Assembly: GCF_036917615.1 (NCBI RefSeq)
Contig: NZ_JBALCZ010000040.1
Location: 80,292-144,291 of the forward strand
Reading direction: 5' to 3'
Length of the DNA stretch: 64,000 nt
Source: Nostoc sp.
GTDB lineage: Bacteria; Cyanobacteriota; Cyanobacteriia; Cyanobacteriales; Nostocaceae
The translations under genes were made by a program, and so were the position numbers. A model generated the notes under the pieces. That model was not told the DNA's origin and did not search any database. It was given only the letters and a program-made list of their open reading frames with translations. Of this stretch, positions 58,041-64,000 are shown piece by piece; positions within the stretch are counted from its first letter, which is position 1, and each line of letters opens with the position of its first letter.

Positions 58041-61000
58041 ATGCTTACTAACAATTCTGTACAGGCAGAGAAAAATCAGCACTTGATAATACGCCTACCA
58101 CGGACTCTGAGTTATCTCGAAACCTGGGGCTTTGGCTTAACAGGTCATGTGGGATGGATTGGTACTGCCCCGATTATTCATGCAGCGTTAGGGCCTAAAG
58201 CGATCTTAGTTTGGTTTTTTGGCACGATCATTTCCTTTTTACTTAACTTGCAAGTACAAAGTCTAGGTAGACATTGGTCAGATGTCGCTGGAGGAACACC
58301 AAACTATACCACAAGGCTATTAAAGAACTTTCCTGGCTTAGGCCGTTACGTAGCCTTAGGATACTTTTTTAGCTGGGCAGCAGCACCGGCACTGTATGCA
58401 ATTATTCTTACAAACCTAATTAAAGGCAATTTTGATCAAATAGGTATTTCTTGCCCAGAAACTTTATTAAAAGTTGCATTTACAGCAATTCCTTTTATTG
58501 TGGCATTCAGTGGCAGCCGTGCTTTAGCGCTCCTGCATTTATTTTTTGTATTCCCAGCGATTTTATTACTGCTTTTGTTTTGTACTCAAGGTGTAATATG
58601 GTTAGCCTCCTCAACTACTAGTTTTAAATTTATCCTAACTAGCACACATAGCCTGAGCTTTGAAGAATGGTTAAAGTGGTTTTTTCTGGCTAGCTATTCA
58701 ATTTATGCTTGTGAAACCACTTCTTCTTTTGTTGCTGATAGCCGCCACCCATATAAAACTTTAAGGTTCTTAAGCGTAGCTGCTTGGCTAATTCCTCCAG
58801 TGTTTTTAGGTGGTTCTTGGGTATTAATGTGTTCGGTTCAAAATCAAAAAATAGGTGACGATGCGTTCTTAATTCTGGTAGCGGCTTCTAAGCCTTTTTG
58901 GGGTGAATATGCCCCCTTTCTAGTAACACTTCTGATTTCTCTATCCTGCCTTCTAAGTTCTGCTACGGCAGTTTCCAACTCTCCTCGGATATTATACCAA
59001 CTTGCTTTAGACAGACAGCTTTCTCCCATCTTTGCAGTAGTTTCCCGTCAAGGTGTCCTTGGACCTGCTATCCTAGTTACTTTTCTACTCAGTTTGCTTT
59101 GTCTAAATTTGGGAAATATACCTCAACTTGTCACAGTAGCAGGCACTTGTTATCTCATGTCCATTATGGGACTACATCTGGGATTATGGCTATGTCGGGA
59201 CCAACCGCAGGTGTTATGGCCTTGGTGGTCACTTGGTTTTTTCTTTGTAGAAGCGGTAGTTCTAATAGTGGGAGGTTTAGCTTGGAATTGGAGAGATTTC
59301 TCAGTGGGATTATTATTACCCATTGTTCTGATCATCGGAGATGTAGCGCTACGTCGCTTAAGATTTGCGCCATTACACCCGGAATGGTGGACACAGCATT
59401 ACGACACTAGGTTTAGTAAAAACAACCCAGACTTTGTAGTACTACAAGTGATTGTCTTAGTATTATTAATTTGTATTACTGCCACAAGCAGTTGGGTTCT
59501 CCGCAATTTATTAGACAAAGTTTCTAATAATCCTCAAAACTCTTTACTAGCTATTCTATTAGTGACGCTTTCTTTTTCAGGGGTAGCGATCGCTTGCTGG
59601 ACAACTCTACCACAAATTGTTGCTATTGATGAGGCACGCAAACAAGCAAAAAACCTATTTATCACTACTCTTAATACTGTTCCAGATACTGTTTTAGTCT
59701 TAAATGAAAACGGTATAATTTGCCAGACAAATGCCGCTGCTGAAGAATTATTTCAAACGACTGTTCAGCAGTTGCTTGGGCAAAACTTGAATCAACTCTT
59801 AATATGCTATCGCGGCAAACCGGAGCAATGGTCTATTAGAAGTGAGCAAACCTTAAAAATAAACCAAAGTCTACGAATTGTTGAATCGACTATTTCACAG
59901 CCATTTAATTCCCAGCTACGAGAGTATGTTGTTATTGTCCGTGACATCACTAAGCGGAAGTTAGTAGAGGAAGAATTAATCCAGTATCGTTATCAGCTTG
60001 AGCAGATGGTGCTAGAACGCACCATTGAACTTATTAGAGTTAATCAACAACTTGAACAAGACATTATCAAGCGTCAACAAACACAAGAGCAATTACTGCA
60101 CAATAGTCTTCATGACGGACTAACTGGATTACCTAACCAACCATTATTTCTGAAGCGGGTGCAGTGGGCAATAGAACGTACTAAACAGCAAAATAATTAT
60201 TTATTTGCCGTACTCTTCTTAGACCTAGACCGCTTTAAAGTTGTTAATGACAGCCTTGGACATCTAATAGGAAATCAACTTTTGATTGCAATTTCTCGTC
60301 GGCTAAAGTCAGTTCTGCGAGTTGGAGACATAGTTGCCCGTTTTGGCGGAGACGAGTTCACAATCTTAGTTGAGGAAATTGAGGATATCAGCACCGCCAT
60401 ACAGATAGCCGAGCGAATTAAAAGGGTGCTAGCTTTGCCATTTCAATTAAATGAGCATAGGGTGTTTACTAATGCTAGTATTGGCATTGCCTTAAGTAAA
60501 GCAGATTATCACCAAGCAGCGCAGATTCTCCGGGATGCCGATCTGGCAATGTACTATGCCAAAGCACTTGGTAAGGCACGCTATGAGGTATTTGACCAAA
60601 AGATGCACGAGGGTGCATCTTCGCTCTTAGAGTTAGAAACTGCTTTGCGAAATGCGTTGCTCAAGCAAGAAGAATTTCGCCTTGATTACCAGCCAATTAT
60701 TTCACTGACAACTGGCAAAATTATTGGATTTGAGGCACTCATCCGTTGGCATCATCCCAAACGAGGACTTATTTCCCCTCAAGATTTTATTCCCCTGGCC
60801 GAGGAAACTGGAATGATTGTTACTATCGGGCGATGGGTGCTTTATCAAGCATGTCAACAAATGCACATATGGCATAAACAATTTCCCACTTCACTACCCC
60901 TGACAATTAGCGTGAATTTTTCTGGTAAACAGATCACGCAACCCGATGTGTTTAAACAGGTTAAACATATTTTGCAGGAAACTGGACTGAAGCCATGCAA

Positions 61001-61424
61001 TTTGAAATTGGAAATTACTGAAACCTTGTTGATGGATAATTTTGAATTAGCTACCACCGTACTTTCTCAGTTAACAGCGCTGAATATCGAGTTGCATATG
61101 GATGATTTTGGTACTGGGTATTCATCTTTGAGTTATCTGCACCGCCTACCAATTAAAACCCTTAAGATTGACCGCTCTTTCGTCAGCAATATAGGTAGTC
61201 GAGGCGAAAATTTAGAAATTATTCGAGCTATTGTGACATTAGCTCATAATTTAAATATGTCTGTAACAGCAGAGGGGATAGAAACTGTAGAGCAATTAGC
61301 ACAGTTAAAGGCTTTACAATGTGATTATGGACAAGGGTATTTTTTCTTACCACCTATGGGAAGTGCAGAGGTAGAAATACTACTTGCTGCCAACTTGTGC
61401 GGCAAAAACTTTTTAAAGAGATAA
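58041..61424 (+). CDS. APC-transporter-like polytopic membrane domain fused to PAS-GGDEF-EAL
   Basis: 1127 aa. The N-terminal ~540 aa are TM-rich with an APC-type AGGTPNY motif. Also RFGGDEFTIL (GGDEF), plus EALIRW, DDFGTGYSSL and EGIET (EAL). Confidence 0.85.
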   Translation: MLTNNSVQAEKNQHLIIRLPRTLSYLETWGFGLTGHVGWIGTAPIIHAALGPKAILVWFFGTIISFLLNLQVQSLGRHWSDVAGGTPNYTTRLLKNFPGLGRYVALGYFFSWAAAPALYAIILTNLIKGNFDQIGISCPETLLKVAFTAIPFIVAFSGSRALALLHLFFVFPAILLLLLFCTQGVIWLASSTTSFKFILTSTHSLSFEEWLKWFFLASYSIYACETTSSFVADSRHPYKTLRFLSVAAWLIPPVFLGGSWVLMCSVQNQKIGDDAFLILVAASKPFWGEYAPFLVTLLISLSCLLSSATAVSNSPRILYQLALDRQLSPIFAVVSRQGVLGPAILVTFLLSLLCLNLGNIPQLVTVAGTCYLMSIMGLHLGLWLCRDQPQVLWPWWSLGFFFVEAVVLIVGGLAWNWRDFSVGLLLPIVLIIGDVALRRLRFAPLHPEWWTQHYDTRFSKNNPDFVVLQVIVLVLLICITATSSWVLRNLLDKVSNNPQNSLLAILLVTLSFSGVAIACWTTLPQIVAIDEARKQAKNLFITTLNTVPDTVLVLNENGIICQTNAAAEELFQTTVQQLLGQNLNQLLICYRGKPEQWSIRSEQTLKINQSLRIVESTISQPFNSQLREYVVIVRDITKRKLVEEELIQYRYQLEQMVLERTIELIRVNQQLEQDIIKRQQTQEQLLHNSLHDGLTGLPNQPLFLKRVQWAIERTKQQNNYLFAVLFLDLDRFKVVNDSLGHLIGNQLLIAISRRLKSVLRVGDIVARFGGDEFTILVEEIEDISTAIQIAERIKRVLALPFQLNEHRVFTNASIGIALSKADYHQAAQILRDADLAMYYAKALGKARYEVFDQKMHEGASSLLELETALRNALLKQEEFRLDYQPIISLTTGKIIGFEALIRWHHPKRGLISPQDFIPLAEETGMIVTIGRWVLYQACQQMHIWHKQFPTSLPLTISVNFSGKQITQPDVFKQVKHILQETGLKPCNLKLEITETLLMDNFELATTVLSQLTALNIELHMDDFGTGYSSLSYLHRLPIKTLKIDRSFVSNIGSRGENLEIIRAIVTLAHNLNMSVTAEGIETVEQLAQLKALQCDYGQGYFFLPPMGSAEVEILLAANLCGKNFLKR

Positions 61425-61444
61425 AATCTTGGGAGCAAATTCTG

Positions 61445-61604
61445 TTTAGAGGATGTCTGAGAAGTTAAAAATGTCATGCTGAATGAAGCGATAGCCAAGT
61501 GTTGCATCTCATAAACCCACGGTGAATTGCTATTTTTCGCTCCACTTCGTTACGCTCAAAATGACAAATTATACCTTTCGTACACTTTTCAGACATCCTC
61601 TTAG
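61445..61604. mobile_element. 160-bp MITE with about 20-bp TIRs between convergent genes
   Basis: Left end tttagaggatgtctgagaagt; right end acttttcagacatcctcttag. The interior carries gtcat..gagcg.aacgaag-type modules. Confidence 0.75.
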
Positions 61605-61652
61605 AGAAACACCTCGTCAAATTGGGCGATTAATTTCACTTGCTCATCTATA

Positions 61653-62804
61653 TTAGTGTACTAATGGCTGTAGCTGTAAATCTTCTGGATTATTAACTAA
61701 CCCTTCTTCTAACAAAAGTTCGTTAACAAAAGTATCGATTTTCTCTCGATCAATATTCTGCATGACTACAATGTGTACCCAATTCTCAAAAATTGCTAAC
61801 TGCCACTTTTTAATTAATCTTTGAGAAGGTTTTTGAAACACTACGGTATTGGAAAAATTATTGAGCATACATGGATATTCTCTGATTTTCAGTTGTTGGA
61901 AAAGATATTGGGCATTAGAAATACAGGTATTTGCTTCTCTAGCTAATCCATCATAACCTCTTGTTTGCAATGCATACCAGAGAATCAAAGAGGTATGACC
62001 GTTTCTAGAACCCAAAATAGTTGTATCCTTTGAACCAATATATTCAATTACTATTTCAACTTTTTCTACCCATTTTTTCTTAGTTAAAACTACACCGCAA
62101 GGCAATGGAGAACCAATGAATTTAGCAGAAATAGCTATACTATCTATGGGTTTTTGAAAGTTAACTTGCGGAGCGCCATCTAGAAATGGTAATATTAATC
62201 CTGAAAGTGCGGCATCACAATGAATATAATAATCTTTAATCTGATTGCGCTCTAAAATTTCGAGAACTTTGTCTAAGTTATCAATCGCACCTTTGACAGT
62301 AGTCCCAATATTTAAATTTATGATCGCTGGATAATTACGATTTTCGCTAATTAGTTGTTCAAAATGTTCATAATTTATCTCTCCATTAATTTGCGAATTA
62401 ACAACATTATGTGGAATGCAAAATAATTTGGCTGCTTTGGGAATTGAGTAATGAGAGTCTTGTGATGAGTAAAGAATCCCATTAGGGTAGATTTCTCTTG
62501 CTAAGAACATTCCATATAAATTACCTTCAGTTCCCCCAGCAGTAACATAACCCCAAAACTGATTTTCTGGAATCTTATAAAGGTGAGCAAAAAAAGATAA
62601 TACTTCTTGCTCAAACTTACGAGAATGGAGACCAAAATCTGGCTCAACATATGGATCTCCAGCATTGTTTAACATAAAATTGAAGAATTTTGCCAGCAAA
62701 CTGTAATCACAACTTAAATTATATGGATAGCCTGCATGAAACTGCGATCGCTGTTCTATTTGCAGCAAAAAATCTGCCAACTGTTTAGCAACTCTATCTG
62801 ACAT
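61653..62804 (-). CDS. hdc: Pyridoxal-dependent histidine decarboxylase (group II, Gram-negative type)
   Basis: 383 aa. Colinear with Gram-negative Hdc as I remember it: GYPYN, WGYVTAGGTEGN, SQDSHYS, GTTVKGAID, CDAALSG, AKFIGSPLPCGVV, GSRNGHT. Confidence 0.8.
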   Translation of the reverse strand: MSDRVAKQLADFLLQIEQRSQFHAGYPYNLSCDYSLLAKFFNFMLNNAGDPYVEPDFGLHSRKFEQEVLSFFAHLYKIPENQFWGYVTAGGTEGNLYGMFLAREIYPNGILYSSQDSHYSIPKAAKLFCIPHNVVNSQINGEINYEHFEQLISENRNYPAIINLNIGTTVKGAIDNLDKVLEILERNQIKDYYIHCDAALSGLILPFLDGAPQVNFQKPIDSIAISAKFIGSPLPCGVVLTKKKWVEKVEIVIEYIGSKDTTILGSRNGHTSLILWYALQTRGYDGLAREANTCISNAQYLFQQLKIREYPCMLNNFSNTVVFQKPSQRLIKKWQLAIFENWVHIVVMQNIDREKIDTFVNELLLEEGLVNNPEDLQLQPLVH

Positions 62805-63297
62805 ATCTCTGTATCTCTTGAAATTTGATTTAATGGATGTTCTAATCTAAAATTTACGTATTAATCCGTACCTTTATATTTTCTTAACAATCTCTCGATT
62901 TGGCTTTCTATCTAAGGCATTTATAGTAAAAATACGTAGATATATCTAGTAATAATACCCAAACTTTTTGCTTAAAAGTATATTACCCTTAGACTTAACC
63001 ACTGTACAAAATAACCATCATGTGTATTACGCAAAATATCTATTTCAAGCGCTGACTGCAACCTAATTTAATCGTATATTTACTGTTTTGGGTGTTAGAT
63101 CATATCCGGCAAATCACTTGTGATATGTCATTGCGAGTGAAACGTACTCCTAAGTCGAAGCAAGCTACGCAAAGCGTCTCCAAGAGTTGTGGAATGCAGC
63201 AATCACAAAGTCTCTGCAATTGCTGCGCTTCGCTTGTAATTGATATTATGTCCTGTAAATTAGTTGTGATATGACTTGTATTCAAGCAGACATCATC

Positions 63298-63434
63298 AGG
63301 ACTTACGCAAAATTATGAAAAAACGTAGACGCGGAGCGGCTTGCCGCAGGCTACCGCAAAGGACGCATTCGCGTAGCGTCTCGTAGAGAAGGACACAAAG
63401 GAATGGAGTTTTAAAGGGTTCTTGCGTAAGTCCT
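63298..63434. mobile_element. 137-bp copy of the AGGACTTACGCA-TIR MITE with nested inserts
   Basis: aggacttacgca...ttatgaaaaaacg...ggaatggagttttaaagggttcTTGCGTAAGTCCT. Further partial copies and SDRs extend to about 63640. Confidence 0.75.
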
Positions 63435-63734
63435 AATCATATTAGACATGCCTCAAAAACCGAAATTTTGATAGTACATATGTATGATGTGTAAGTCCTA
63501 TACTACGCAAGGGACGCGGACTCGTTGGCGCAGCCCAAGGTAGAGAAGAGGCTGCGCTATGCGCGGCATCGTCTCCCCAACTCTACAAGACGCTACGCCA
63601 AGGCAGAAGACCGCACTGACTTGGCTACACAGGGGCGGACTTCATGAAGTTAAAAAGCATTTAGCCTACAAAGCTACGGCTTTGTTTGTCAGTTAGTGAC
63701 TTCTAGTCTGTTAGTGCCGTGGGATTATTTGCTT

Positions 63735-64000
63735 TTAGAACTCTCCGGCTAAGGCTGCAACACACCGTTCGCAAATTAGCGGATGTTCTGGTGATTCTCC
63801 CACGTAAGTAGAGTAGTTCCAACAGCGATCGCATTTTTGCCCATCTGCGTTCACTACACCAATTCCCCAGCTATCTGATTGCAACTTATATTTCAACCCT
63901 TGCAGTACTTCTGGAGTATCTAATACTTCCACTTGGGAGGTAAGGAACAGATAGCGAAGTTCATCGATACCGTTTCCAAGAACTGTATCTAGTGCTTTTA
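63735..64000 (-). CDS. ileS: Isoleucyl-tRNA synthetase, C-terminal zinc-binding end (5' part outside the window)
   Basis: The minus-strand frame is open to the window edge: ...DELRYLFLTSQVEVLDTPE...CDRCWNY...CERCVAALAGEF*. Confidence 0.85.
   Translation of the reverse strand, partial: KALDTVLGNGIDELRYLFLTSQVEVLDTPEVLQGLKYKLQSDSWGIGVVNADGQKCDRCWNYSTYVGESPEHPLICERCVAALAGEF

Noticed and set aside
63092-63285. Two mutually antisense 60-aa ORFs
   Set aside because: They lie in a repeat-built spacer with gtcattgcgagtgaaacg / cgcttcgcttgtaat inverted modules and direct ttgtgatatg repeats. There is no RBS and the composition is Cys/Gln-rich nonsense.

Overview
This 64-kb window looks like chromosomal DNA from a filamentous, heterocyst-type cyanobacterium (Nostoc/Anabaena-like). 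The evidence is read directly from the sequence: very frequent HIP1 palindromes (GCGATCGC), STRR-type heptamer arrays, nested small dispersed repeats and MITEs in almost every long intergenic spacer, and typical cyanobacterial protein families. I support about 50 protein-coding genes or gene remnants. They include dnaK, xthA, the ileS 3' end, hdc, a PaoABC-like three-subunit molybdo-flavo-FeS oxidoreductase, an ABC exporter, a Rieske oxygenase, a PAS-GAF-PAS adenylate cyclase, an APC-like/PAS/GGDEF/EAL protein, glycosyltransferases and dehydrogenases. I found no rRNA, tRNA or CRISPR array. There are three main candidates for undescribed systems. (1) 14.3-16.2 kb: an AT-rich two-gene cassette that appears inserted into a broken GNAT gene. 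It encodes a minimal caspase-like (CHAT-type) protease and a membrane-anchored GUN4-like protein, and the two share a homologous adaptor (EAD/death-like) domain. (2) 49.6-52.6 kb: a translationally overlapping pair, a STAND/ORC-like P-loop ATPase plus a TPR protein whose repeat array contains near-identical 120-bp tandem units. It lies in a mosaic region next to a catalytically degenerate serine-recombinase homologue. (3) 34.7-38.2 kb: an APH-fold kinase plus a HopA1-like protein, which is the enzyme logic of split Ser/Thr dehydratases, with no obvious precursor or cyclase. All domain calls come from motif reading by eye. No HMM, BLAST or GC computation was run.
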